Assembly: GCA_010356995.1 (NCBI GenBank)
Contig: ML996688.1
Location: 1,116,001-1,180,000, forward strand
Source: Trichodelitschia bisporula
Lineage: Eukaryota
Length of the DNA stretch: 64,000 bases
Direction: 5' to 3'
Shown: positions 48,676 to 60,845 of the stretch, piece after piece
Position numbering within the stretch: position 1 is the stretch's first letter
Layout: each line of letters opens with the position of its first letter
Made by a program: the position numbers and the translations under genes
Notes under the pieces: generated by a model
The model's database searches: none
What the model was told of the DNA's origin: nothing
The model's input: the letters and a program-made list of their open reading frames with translations, nothing else

Positions 48676-51600
48676 ATGGCGGGAGACGACGTCTCCGAGA
48701 AGCACTCGCCCACGGCGTTGAAGCGCGAATCTAGCCGCTCGTCCTCCTCCGCCGGCGGCGATGCGCCGGAGAAGGGCGCCGGCCCGACCATGGCGCCCAT
48801 CCAACCTGCGGCCGACAAGGAGAATGCCTTGACGAAGCTCGATTCCAAGGTCGTGTCAATTGGGGACCAGGAGGAGGCCGATCCGTTTGCGCATCTGCCG
48901 GCGCACGAGAAGGAGATTTTGAAGAAGCAGATTCACACTCCGGATGTCAAGGTTGGGTACTTTACGCTGTACCGCTATGCTACCAAGTGGGATATTGTTA
49001 TCTTCGTAGTTAGCTGCATTTGCACGATCGCAGCTGGTGCGGCTATGCCGCTCATGACGGTACGTCCCAGAGTCCGCATGTTCACCATTTCTAACGCCGC
49101 AGGTCGTCTTCGGTAATCTCACGGGAATGTTCGCCAACTACTTCAATAATGTCATCAGCTACAAGCAGTTCCTCCACGAGCTCACTCACACGGTGCTCTA
49201 CTTCATCTACCTCGCGGTCGGCGAGTTCGTCACTGTCTACATCTCAACCGTCGGCTTCATCTACGTCGGCGAACACTGCACACAGAAGATCCGCGAGAAC
49301 TACCTGCGCGCCATGCTCCGGCAGAACGTCGCCTTCTTCGACAAGCTGGGTGCGGGCGAGATCACGACACGTATCACGGCGGATACGAATACTATCCAGG
49401 ACGGTATCTCGGAGAAGTTCGGCCTGACGCTCAACGCGTTCGCGACTTTCATCGCTGCCTTTGTTATCGCCTTCGTCAAGTACTGGAAGCTGACGCTCAT
49501 TCTCACGTCTACTGTGTTCGCCATTGTCTTCTCCATGGGCTTTGGGTCTACCTTCGTGGTCAACTGGACCGCGCGCTCGCAGCAGGAGTATGCTATGGGC
49601 GGTACCGTGGCCGAGGAAGTGCTCAGCTCGATCCGCAACGCGACGGCCTTCAACACGCAGGAAAAGCTCGCGCGGCAGTACGATGGGTTCCTCCAGAAAG
49701 CAGAGAAATGGGGTCGCAAGCTGCAGTACGCCCTGGGAACCATGATCGCCACCATGATGACAATCGTCTACCTCAACTACGGTGAGTCCTCGTGCCCCCC
49801 CTCGTACCACTGTGCTACGCACCCCGCGTGCGCGCACCCGTACCACGCTTTGTGGCTCCAGGTCGTGCACCGCGCCAAGTCAACGGGTGGCCCTATCTTC
49901 AGCCTTGCGTTCATTAGCTAATCAACGCACAGCACTCACCTTCTGGCAGGGCTCGCGCTACCTCGTTAAGGGCGAGCTGACCGTCAGCCATCTGCTCACC
50001 ATCCTCTTCAGCGTCATGATCGGCGCCTTTTCGCTCGGCAACGTGGCGCCTAACATGAAGGCCTTCACGTCTGCAGTTGCCGCGGGGCGCAAAATCTTCG
50101 CTGCTATCGAGCGCGACTCGCCTATAAACCCGGAGTCGGAGGATGGGGATAAGCCGGCTACTTTCGAGGGCGTGATTGAGCTGCGCCATGTTAAGCATAT
50201 TTACCCGTCCCGCCCGGAGGTCGTGGTCATGGAGGACGTCAACCTGCTGATCCCCGCCGGGAAGCAGACCGCGCTCGTCGGCGCCTCGGGGTCCGGCAAG
50301 AGCACCATCGTCGGCATGGTGGAGCGCTTCTACGACCCGGTGGGCGGCGAAGTCCTGCTCGACGGGCGCAACATCCAAACCCTCAACGTGCGCTGGCTGC
50401 GGCAACACATCAGCCTCGTGCAGCAAGAGCCCGTCCTCTTCTCCGTCACCATCTACGAGAACATCCGGTACGGGCTTCTGGGCACGGAATTCGAGCACGC
50501 GGCGCCGGAAAAACAGCGACAAATGATCGAGGACGCAGCGCGGATGGCGAATGCACATGATTTCATAGTCGCCCTGCCGGAGGGGTATGAGACTAATGTT
50601 GGCGATCGTGGGTTTTTGTTGAGTGGAGGCCAGAAGCAGCGCGTGGCAATTGCGCGGGCAGTGGTTAGTGATCCGCGGATTCTGCTCTTAGATGAGGCGA
50701 CGAGTGCGCTTGATACGAAGAGCGAGGGCGTGGTGCAGGCGGCGCTGGATCGGGCGGCGGAGGGACGGACGACGATTGTGATTGCGCATCGGTTGAGTAC
50801 GATAAGGCATGCGGATAATATCGTTGTCATGCAGCAGGGGCGGATTATCGAGCAAGGCAAGCATGACGAGCTGCTCGATAGCAAGGGCGCGTACTACAAC
50901 CTCGTCGAGGCGCAACGGATCGCGGCGCAGGTGGCGGGCGATGAGGCTGCGGTCGAGGAAGAAGAGGCCGAAGTACTGCCCGAGAGCGCAGAGCTCGGTC
51001 CGACGATCAGCCGCAAGAAGAGCCAGAATTACGAGGAAGATCCCGACGACGCCGATCCTGCGGGCCGTCTCCGCCGCATCCAATCCGGCAAGTCGCTCTC
51101 CAGCCTACAACTCGAGAAGCGGCAGCCCGAGAAACAGCCCGAATACAGCCTATGGCAGCTCCTAGGCGTGGTGTGGAGTTTCAACAAATCCGAGTGGTAC
51201 CTCATGGTCCTCGGCTTCTTCTTCAGCGCCGTCGCCGGCGCCGCGAATCCCATCCAAGCTATCTTGTTCTCCCGCGCGCTGCAATCTCTCTCGCTCCCGC
51301 CCCCCCGGTATGGTAAACTCCGCCACGACATCAATTTCTGGTCGGGCATGTACGTCATCCTCGCCGCGTCGCAGTTCATCAGCATGGCCGGCCAAGCCTG
51401 GGCCTTCGGATACTGCTCCGAGCGGCTCATCCACCGCGCGCGCAACCAAGCCTTCCGCACCATGCTCCGGCAGGACATCGCCTACTTCGACGCCGACATT
51501 AACTCCGCCGGCAGTCTGACTAGCTTCCTGTCCACCAGCGTGACGCACCTTGCCGGGCTGAGCGGGCCCACGCTGGGGACTATCCTCATGGTGAGCACGA

Positions 51601-52976
51601 CGCTCGTGATCGCGCTCACGATATCGCTGGTCACGGGCTGGAAACTCGCGCTAGTGTGCATCGCCACAATCCCCATCCTGCTCGCCTGCGGCTTCCTGCG
51701 CTTCTGGATGCTAGCCCGGTTCCAACAGCGCAGTAAACGCGTGTACGAACAATCCGCGGGGTTCGCGTGCGAGGCCACGTCCGCTATCCGCACCGTCGCG
51801 TCGCTCACCCGCGAGGGAGACGTGTGGGAAAAATACCACAGCCAACTGGACCGCCAGGCCCACGCCAGCCTTATCTCCGTCCTCTGGTCCAGTTCGCTAT
51901 ATGCCATGTCCCAGTCCTTCGTGTTCCTGTGCATAGCCCTCGGGTTCTGGTACGGCGGGACGCTGATCGCGAAGCGCGAATACAGTCTGCAGGATTTCTA
52001 CCTCGTGTTCATATCCCTCGTCTTCGGCGCCCAGTCCGCCGGCACCATCTTCAGTTTCGCGCCGGATATGGGGAAGGCCAAACACGCGGCCGCAGAACTG
52101 AAAGCGCTGTTCGACCGCGTGCCCGCTATTGATTCGTGGTCGCAGGAAGGCGAGGCACTGGACCACGTCGAGGGGCACATCGAGTTCCGCGACGTGCACT
52201 TCCGGTACCCGAGTAGACCCGAACAACCCGTCCTCCGGGGTCTCAATTTCTCTGTCAAGCCCGGGCAGTACGTCGCGCTTGTCGGTGCGAGCGGGTGCGG
52301 TAAGAGCACGTCCATCGCTTTGCTAGAGCGTTTCTACGATCCCCTCGCCGGAGGTGTCTTCGTCGACGGGAAAGAAATCAGCAAGTTGCGGATTAACGAC
52401 TACAGGCGCTTCCTCGCGCTGGTGAGTCAGGAGCCGACGCTGTACCAGGGGACGATTAGGGATAATGTCCTCTTGGGCGCGGATCGGGAGGGCGTGCCAG
52501 AGGAGGAGATTGAGAGGGCGTGTCGGGATGCAAATATTTATGAGTTTATTGTTTCGCTGCCGTAAGTCCCGCCTTCCCCCTTTTCTACCCTTTGACGATA
52601 GGCTAATGATGATTCTAGTGAGGGCTTCAACACCATCTGCGGCAGCAAAGGCGCACTCCTCTCCGGCGGACAAAAGCAGCGCATCGCCATCGCGCGCGCG
52701 CTACTGCGGAACCCCAAGATCCTACTTCTGGACGAGGCGACCAGCGCGCTGGACAGCGAGAGCGAAAAGGTAGTCCAAGCGGCACTAGACGCCGCCGCCA
52801 AAGGGCGGACGACGATCGCGGTTGCGCACCGGCTGAGTACGATCCAGAAGGCGGATGTGATTTATGTGATTGATGGGGGGCGGGTGGTGGAGGAGGGGAA
52901 TCATGGAGAGTTGTTGGCGAAGAAGGGGAGGTATGCGGAGCTTGTTACTATGCAGAGCCTTGAGAGGGGCGCTTAG
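48676..52976 (+). CDS. Full-size ABCB (MDR1/P-glycoprotein-type) multidrug transporter
   Basis: TMD-NBD-TMD-NBD layout; GASGSGKST and [17 protein letters not shown] twice, [10 protein letters not shown] twice; three introns. Confidence 0.96.
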
Positions 52977-53192
52977 AAGAAGTGGTTTTGCTTTGCATGG
53001 CGTTCATCATTCGGGTTGGAATCTGGAAGGGGCTTGCATTGGGGCGGATAGGGGGTTACCGCTTGGTGGGTGGGTCACTTGTTGCAGCCTATGGCTGTTA
53101 GAGCTGTCATTTAAGACTAATATTGACCGTTGCCGCGGTTTTTTCTTTGCGGATCATGGCTGTGGTGAATGTGAAGAGCGGTCTATTTGACA

Positions 53193-54887
53193 TTATGTAC
53201 GTATTCCCCCCTTGCCATCCTTCCGAGGTGTATCAGCCTTCCCTCCAGCCTTATCCAATGTCCCAGCGCCATCATCCTTCCCCACAACTCCATTCCCAGT
53301 CTTCGATAACTCCTCATGCTTCCCCACGGTGCCATTTCCAGTCCTCAAGGACCCCTCACACTTCCCCACAGCCTTTAAACCAACGGGCTTTGCTCCAGAC
53401 CATGCTTCCACCCCCCTCGCCGCCACCGCCGCAACCGCAACCAGCACAAGTACAACCCACCCAATATGCACCGCCCACCAAACATGCTGCACCCCCAACC
53501 CACACATCCCCACCTCAACCCTCCACTCCCCCTTATCCCCATCCCACCACGCACTCACAAGCCCCGCATTCCCGCCAAACTCCCCCATCATGCTGCGGAC
53601 CGTAACCTCGCGTACACCCGGCGTGTCCTGCTCCACCAGCTCCTTAACCTCACCCCATCGGCCCGCACGCCACGTCTCCTCCTCCCTATCAGCGTAATGA
53701 TACGTATCACACCCTTCATGATCATGCCCAGTGAGTATGAGCCCGTTCCTCCCCAACCCCCGCATCGGCGCACGCTCGTCCGGACTAAAGCCAAACAAAC
53801 CCTGCAACACAGCGCCGGTACTCAGCTCCGGACTCAACATATTCTGCTCCCGCACACCCGCACCCTCTCCCTCAGGGAAAAAGGTAAAAAGCGGGCCGTC
53901 GACGCACACACCCTCCTCTTTATGCAGCGGTATATGCGTCAGCAGAATCGTCAGACTTGACTTATCTTCGACGGGCGGACTGTGCGTTATGGCTGAGTTC
54001 AGGAAAGCGTAGGTTTGCGATTGCAGATCGGGGTCCAGGGCGGGGGTGTCCAGGTTCATGCTGTTGAGGACGAGGAGGCGCAGCGTAGGGGGCGCGGTGG
54101 TGCTGTTGGAGGTATTGGCGGGGGGGAGGCTAAAGCGAATCTCCCCGTTAACCGGCCCAAAGGCCTTTTCGAAGCGCTCGATGCGTGCGGTGTCGACGTC
54201 GCCCGCGTACCCGATGTCGTGGTTGCCAGCGACGCAGATGATGAGGTCAGCCCAGTCGCGTTCCCCAAGAACCTCAGTGATCGCCTCCCTCCCCTCCCCC
54301 TCCTTATACTCCTCTAGCAGCCCCTCCGGAACCCTCTCCGCCCCCCAAAAAACCTTCCCCCAAAACCGTCCCGCCCGATCCTCAAACTCCCCCTCCCCAA
54401 TCCACTGACTCCCCAGCAAATCGCCCAGGACAACAACATGACTTGGGCGCATCCAGCCCCTCATCGCGCGGTACACATGTCTTAAATATAAATCATTGCC
54501 CCACAAATCCATTACCTTCCGCGCATACCTCGCCCTCCACAAAACCTCCGCGCGCACATCCGCCAGCCCTGCGCCCAGCGCCTCGTGCACCCCCTCGAGA
54601 TGCCCCGCTTGTACATCCTCCCATGCGCGCTCGAGGCCGGGGAATGTGTGTTCTGGTGGGTGGGGCAGCGAGGTATCGCCTTCGAGCTGCGGGTCGGCGA
54701 GCGCGAGGAGGCGGAAGGGTGCGGGATGCGGGTCCCAGGGCCAGGGCGCGTGCGCCACATTATCTGCCGATGGGGACGGGAAGGCGCAGCGGTGGAAGAG
54801 CGGGTAAGTGTAGAGGTAGAGGGTGCTGAGCGCACAGAGGGGGAGGAGGAGGCGGAGGGCGCGGGTGAGAGTTTTAGAGGGTGTCAT
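53193..54887 (-). CDS. TED1: Membrane-anchored calcineurin-like metallophosphoesterase, Ted1-like GPI remodelase
   Basis: LADPQLEGD, LGDLLGSQWI, GNHDIGY, LTHIPL, TGHDHEGC, VRSMMGEFGGN; hydrophobic segments at both ends. Confidence 0.8.
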   Translation of the reverse strand: MTPSKTLTRALRLLLPLCALSTLYLYTYPLFHRCAFPSPSADNVAHAPWPWDPHPAPFRLLALADPQLEGDTSLPHPPEHTFPGLERAWEDVQAGHLEGVHEALGAGLADVRAEVLWRARYARKVMDLWGNDLYLRHVYRAMRGWMRPSHVVVLGDLLGSQWIGEGEFEDRAGRFWGKVFWGAERVPEGLLEEYKEGEGREAITEVLGERDWADLIICVAGNHDIGYAGDVDTARIERFEKAFGPVNGEIRFSLPPANTSNSTTAPPTLRLLVLNSMNLDTPALDPDLQSQTYAFLNSAITHSPPVEDKSSLTILLTHIPLHKEEGVCVDGPLFTFFPEGEGAGVREQNMLSPELSTGAVLQGLFGFSPDERAPMRGLGRNGLILTGHDHEGCDTYHYADREEETWRAGRWGEVKELVEQDTPGVREVTVRSMMGEFGGNAGLVSAWWDGDKGEWRVEVGMCGLGVQHVWWAVHIGWVVLVLVAVAAVAARGVEAWSGAKPVGLKAVGKCEGSLRTGNGTVGKHEELSKTGNGVVGKDDGAGTLDKAGGKADTPRKDGKGGIRT

Positions 54888-56130
54888 CGAGACATTGGCG
54901 TTCAAGGAATGTGAGAGGTTGTGACGGAATTAAGGGGCGCGTCGAATTGCGCTTCGTATGAGAGTGTGAAAGTGTGAGAATTGGTGTTGTTGGGGTCAGA
55001 TGGCCACTTTCATGCGCGTGGACAAAGCGTGTTGCTCGCGGCGGTTACGTAGGGGCACGTGATAGGGGTTAGGGGTTCGCGCCATGTGCTCGGGAGACCC
55101 GATAAACTCGTAGCAGCCTTGCCTGGCCGTTTTTGCAGCTGGTGACGGCCATGCCATCTTACAAAGACCGTTGCGACGATATTTCGAGGTCCCCATTCGG
55201 ATATCAAAAGCTTCAAGCACCAACTGCCAATTATGGATATACTTTTCAAAAGTATTTAGATAAGCCGTGATTCTGGCATTCCTTGGCATTGGGCATCATC
55301 AGCCTGGCAGATACATGTAAGGTTATGCCACGTCAAACCTCAGCCTCATCAGCCTGCCAAATATATGTAGTGCCACACCAGACCTCAACCCCACCGAACA
55401 CCACTTTCCTCCTCCCAAAACCTCACCACGAATCGCCCCAAATCGGTGCGACGCCTCCACCCGGGCTCAGTTCCGTGCCATAAAGTCTTCTCGTATAGCC
55501 GGTGCGGAATTCTCCTTCCGAAATGCCATCTTTGTCGCCTTAAGCTCAAATCAGTACGACATTGCCACGCGGGCTCAGATCATTACCATGAGGGTTATGG
55601 GCCTTTCGGAAGCCTAAATCAGCCAAGAAACGGGTGTCCCGAAAGCCGCAGTTGGGACTATCTGTCGAACGGCTCGTGCTCGGGGGTTTGACCCTCACGC
55701 CACTCCATTTCGCGTTAGGGACGAACATGTGTCCGATTCTCCAAAGTCCGGCCAGTCACCAAAAGACGAGAACAAGGACACCGACGAAGACGCCTGGGAA
55801 GACGGCTCCGAGCCAGCTAAGACTTCTCGGAGACGTCGCGCCTAGCGCCTCAGACGGCGACATCGTTAACACATGACACGACTCGAAGGGTGACGAAATC
55901 TTAGGCAAAGCAGGTAGCAGCTTTGGGCGCTAGATGTCAAAAACATGCTGGATGGAGTGAAGCGGCTAGAGGATGCGAGAGGGGAGGTGAAGGGGCGGGA
56001 TGAGATGGCTGTGAAGCGCATACTGGGGATGGTGAGGGATAAAGGGGGCGCGGGGGAGATTGAGGCGAGATAGTTACGGTACTTCTGGACCACGTCCTTC
56101 CCATCATTACCAAATACGAATACACGATTC

Positions 56131-57060
56131 CTAAATCCTAGCCTTGCCCTCCACCGTCCCCAAATACCCATACTTCGTCGGATTATCCCTAGCCCACTCC
56201 CAATCATGCGCCAGCACAACCTCAACCTCATCCGCCAGCTTCCGTATCCTCCCCAAATGCTCCTCCGCCAACTCCTTATCAATATGCGCGTTCCTGATGA
56301 CCCCCGTCTCGGGATCACGGTACACGCTCGTCTCGCACTGCCCGCACAGAATCCGCACATCATGGCACGAGTCCCCGCCTAGCAGCACCCATTTCTCCCT
56401 CTCCACTCGCACCAGCAGGTTCACATGCCCAGGTAAGTGTCCCGGCGCATTAACAACGTATACGCTCCCGTCGCCGAACCAGTCCCTCGCCGCGGGGAAC
56501 GGCCCCAGGGGGGACCAGAAACTCCCATCCGTGCCGGGGGGCAGTTCAGTCGTGCGCTCGCGCGGCAGCAGATTCGAATCAAAATGGCTGTTTGGGTCCG
56601 CCGGATAACTCGCCGGGCCCGTAATCAAGCCCAGCGCCCCAGGCCCAACCACATACTTCGTCCGCGGCCCAAACCCGCGCGGAAAGCCAATATGATCGTA
56701 ATGCAGGTGCGAGAATATAACCGTGTCGATATCGGTCGCTGGATCTAGGCCCGCGCGCTGAAGCCCGTCGAACACGTCTTCCCTAACCTCGACTTTGGCG
56801 ACGGTGGTGATGCGCTTTTGGATCGCGGGCGTGTAGCAAGTTGGGTCTTTAGGGATTCCCAGGTCGAAGATGAGGCGTGTGCCGCTGGGCGGGTGCGTGA
56901 TGAGCCAGGACATGGAGGGGCAGACGTTGATTTCGTTTTTCGGGGCGCCAGACACGAAGAGCCAAGCTCGGAGGTGAATATCGCCTGCGGGGAGGCGGCG
57001 GAGGTTTATTGTGGGTTGAGAAGGGGAAGCGGCCGGGAGGGGAGGGTTGGTTGGCGCCAT
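56131..57060 (-). CDS. Metallo-beta-lactamase-fold lactonase/lactamase (AHL-lactonase AttM/AiiA-like)
   Basis: FDLG, SHLHYDHIG (HxHxDH), DWFGDGS, PGHLPGH, GGDSCH, LAHD; intronless. Confidence 0.88.
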   Translation of the reverse strand: MAPTNPPLPAASPSQPTINLRRLPAGDIHLRAWLFVSGAPKNEINVCPSMSWLITHPPSGTRLIFDLGIPKDPTCYTPAIQKRITTVAKVEVREDVFDGLQRAGLDPATDIDTVIFSHLHYDHIGFPRGFGPRTKYVVGPGALGLITGPASYPADPNSHFDSNLLPRERTTELPPGTDGSFWSPLGPFPAARDWFGDGSVYVVNAPGHLPGHVNLLVRVEREKWVLLGGDSCHDVRILCGQCETSVYRDPETGVIRNAHIDKELAEEHLGRIRKLADEVEVVLAHDWEWARDNPTKYGYLGTVEGKARI

Positions 57061-57427
57061 GGTGAACGGAGTCAAAAAGTCGCGATGAAGAGAGCTTCCA
57101 CCAAATGTCGATATTCACGAAGCCTCAATATTCTGCCTGAAGCTGTATGTGGTACTGGCATCCGCAAGAGCTCATCAATATATAACTGGCCATACCTGCG
57201 GGGAAGCTGCAGAGCCCTGCAGTTTGCCTTACTCGTCCCGGAAATAGTCGCAGGGTAGCTTTGGCGACGCAGCGACCCCGCCTTCATGGATGTGGCAGCT
57301 CCGGCCTCGGGATCCATGGTCGCGATTAGGCCGAGTACGGCTGGAGACGCATAAATATTCGTCATTATTAGTACGAAAGAACGGAAACCAGATCCGGACC
57401 CTAAAATTCAACCACTGTCTTAACGCC

Positions 57428-59035
57428 ATGGCAGAGAACTTCATCAAAAAGAGCATTCCTTACACAGTATGCATGCGCGAGTATCCGGACAGATGTGTAC
57501 TGAGGACTCCAGTTCAAAGATCCCTCCCTCCTCGACCACCGGTCCTTTATCGGTGGAAAATGGGTCGAGGCTTCTTCAGGAAAGACCTTTCCTGTCTATG
57601 GTAATCAGCACTTCCCAATCCCTCACACCTACTCACGCCCCCAGATCCCACCGACGACCAAGTTGCCTTCTCCGTCGCCGACCTCTCCCGCGACGACACC
57701 CGAGCCGCCGTTGAAGCCGCGCACGCAGCCTTCCTAACCTACCGCCACACACCCCCCCGCACCCGCCGCGCCCTCCTCAACAAATGGGCCTCCCTAATCC
57801 GCGCCTCAACCGACGACCTAGCCGCAATCTGCACTCTCGAGCTCGGCAAGCCCTTCACCGAGTCCATCGTGACCGTAAACTACGGTCTCAGCTTCCTAGA
57901 CTGGTTCGAAGGCGGCATCGAGCGGCTAGGCGGCGAAACCATCCCCGCAGCCCGCGGTGACAACCGCATCGTCACGATCCGGCAGCCGCAGGGCGTGGTG
58001 GCTGCTATCACGCCATGGAACTCGCCCATCGCGATGATTACGCGCAAGGTGGGCGCTGCAATTGCGGCGGGGAATACGGTGGTGTGCAAGCCGGCGCCCG
58101 AGACGCCGCTGTGCGCTATCGCTTTGGCGAAACTGTTCGAGCGCGCTGGATACCCACCCGGCGTGTTCAATGTGGTCACTGGTTCGGCGGAGTCGACGCC
58201 GGGGATCGGGGCTGAGCTGTGTGAGAACCGGTTGGTGCGGCATTTGAGCTTCACAGGGTCGACGCCGATTGGGAAGTTCCTGAACACTGAGTGCGCCAAA
58301 ACGATGAAGCGGATAAGCATGGAACTCGGGGGCAATGCGCCGTTTCTCATCTTTGAGGACGCTGATATACCCAAGGCTGTGGAGGGGCTGATCACGAGCA
58401 AGTGGCGCTCGTCGGGGCAGACGTGTGTTTGCGCGAACCGCATCTTGGTTCATGAGTCCATTATCGACCAGTTCAAGAGCCAGCTACAAAAGCGACTAGG
58501 TGAAGTGCTCGTTCCCGGCTCGGTTTGGGACCGAAAGACAAACTTTGGGCCTCTGTACTCCGGAAAAGCTGTCGAAAAGGTAAAGAGGCATCTGGAAGAC
58601 GCAACTAGCAATGGCGCCGAGCTTATAACAGGTGGACTCCCAGCTCCCGATGAGGAAGGGGGACCGAACTTCATTCCACCAACTCTGCTTGTTCAGCCAC
58701 CAGGCTCCGTCGAGTGGGATGCACTGGCATTCTCTAAAGAAGAGACTTTTGGGCCTCTGGCTACACTCCTACCTTTCAAGGATGAGAAGGAAGCCATCGA
58801 GTACGCAAACAGGACGGAGGCGGGACTAGCAGCGTACTTGTACACCAATGATATTGGCCGTATGTGGCGCGTAGCTGAAGCTCTAGAAGCGGGTATGGTG
58901 GGCGTCCGCGTTGGGCTGGTCAGTGCCTGCGAGATGCCCTTTGGCGGAATCAAGGAGAGCGGTATCGGACGTGAAGGCGGGGGTCACTGCCTTGAGGAGT
59001 ATACCGAAGTGAAAGCCATCACTTTTGGTCTGTGA
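57428..59035 (+). CDS. Succinate-semialdehyde dehydrogenase-like ALDH
   Basis: ITPWNSPIAMITRK, KPAPETP, FTGST, MELGGNAP, SGQTCVCANR, EETFGP, PFGGIKESGIGREG; two 5' introns. Confidence 0.9.
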
Positions 59036-59354
59036 TCTGCTAGGTGGAACTAGTTGCCGAATTCTGTTCCGTAATTAGCTCAAGGGCAATGCCAGACACA
59101 TGGGTGTCAAATCCTGAGCTCGAATGCCGCGCATCCAACACCGTATGCGGAAGGCGTTCACCTTGGCAGTCTGTTTGATAGACCACTCGGGATAGAGTCA
59201 TCCGTCGGATTAGGGCTGGACCCAGTTGATGCTGGTCCTGTGAGCTTGACGGCATCCGGCCCAAGCCCCTCGGGCGGATGACCCCGCACGCGGGGGGGCT
59301 TAAGAGCTCAAGCAAGTTGGTTCTGTTGCTGCCCCAAAACACATCGTTCACACC

Positions 59355-60175
59355 ATGGGTCGTCTTCAAGGAAAGGTTGCCATTGTCACCGGCGGAGGGT
59401 CTGGGTTCGGGGAGGGCATCGCCAAAGCATTCGCCAAAGAGGGCGCCAATGTAATCATAGCCGATATCGCAGTGGAGGGCGGCAAGCGTGTCGAAAGCGA
59501 GATCGAGGCTGAGAAGGTCCAAGGCGGAGGCTCAGCAGTATTCCTCGAATTCGACTGCACGAAGCGCGAGGCATGGGAGAAGGGCCTCGAAGTCGCCAAA
59601 GAGAAGTTCGGAAAGCTGGACATCGTGGTCAACAATGCGGGGACAACCTACCGGAAAAAGCCGAGCATAGAAGTCACAGATGCCGAGTTCGACAAGATCC
59701 TCAACGTCAACATCAAAAGCATCTACCTCAGCGTCTCGGTCGTGATGCCTTACTTCGTGGAGCGCAAGTACGGCGTTTACTTGAACACGTCCTCCGTGGC
59801 CGGAACTCGCGTGCGGCCGGGACAGGTATTCTACGGAGGCACGAAAGGCTTCCTCAACACTGTCAGCATAACTTCCTCCAATTGAACAGCACTAATCTTG
59901 GACAGGTCACACAGGGCCTGGCAGCTGAGTACGGCCCAGATGGCGTCCGCGTCAACTCTATCTGCCCGCTCCGCGGGGCAACTGGGCTCCTGGAGATGTT
60001 TTCTGGGGTGCCCGACACGCCCGAAGAGCGTGCTCGCTTTGCGCAGAGCGTGCCTCTCCGAAGAATGTCGTTTCCAGAAGATATCGCAGCGGCAGCCATC
60101 TATCTCGCAAGCGACGAGGCGGCGTTCGTGTCTGGTGTCAATTTGCCCGTGGATGGCGGTCGCTTGACGGTTTAA
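59355..60175 (+). CDS. Classical SDR (FabG/TsaC-like)
   Basis: TGGGSGFG, NNAG, YGGTK, VNSICP, VSGVNLPVDGG; one intron near 59863-59905. Confidence 0.9.
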
Positions 60176-60845
60176 GGAGAATCTTATGGCACCTACCCCG
60201 TAGACGCGAACAGTATGAAAGAAGGCATATTCTTGAGCGTAGCGTTGGTGTTATTTCCCATAGTATGAAAGTGACAGCACGACGGGCGACTTGTAGTGGA
60301 AGGTGCGCACGGACACGCGGGTGAGACCCACAAAACACCAGACTACCCGATGGCATTCACTTCAGTACACAATACGCCCATGTGAGACAGACTATCAAGA
60401 TGTTGCTTGCAGTTCATAGTCATACATTGGTTCATATCCACGCTTCAAAGTTCGAAACAGGCCCGTAAACACCAGCCTAACATACGAAGACAAGAGCCGC
60501 TATCCGCCACCCGATAACTCCACCCGTCCAAGAACCGGTATGCACATCTATAAACAACGAAAGCATGAATTGATCACCACCGACAGAAGGTACATCCAGG
60601 CGAACACGGGCGCTGGTGGAGTGGATGACGTTCCGTTTTTCTGTCAGGGGCTTTGAGGGTGATCGCCCGAGGATGGGGGGCATTGCCTTGAGGAGGTGCG
60701 AAACTCTGAGCAGATGGGTTGAGCTGTGTTTCCCCAGGCTGACGTCCGTCATCGACAGGTTGAGGCAGAAAAGTGATGGCTATTCGCATGTTTTCGTTAA
60801 GAGAACTAGGCCGCCTGAAAAGAGTGAGCAAACCGCGTGGACACA

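Noticed and set aside
49782..49932. Unusually long (about 150 nt) ABC intron as a possible snoRNA host
   Set aside because: No convincing C/D or H/ACA box arrangement seen.
55064..55077. Telomere-like AGGGGTTAGGGGTT
   Set aside because: Only two imperfect units; compatible with chance.
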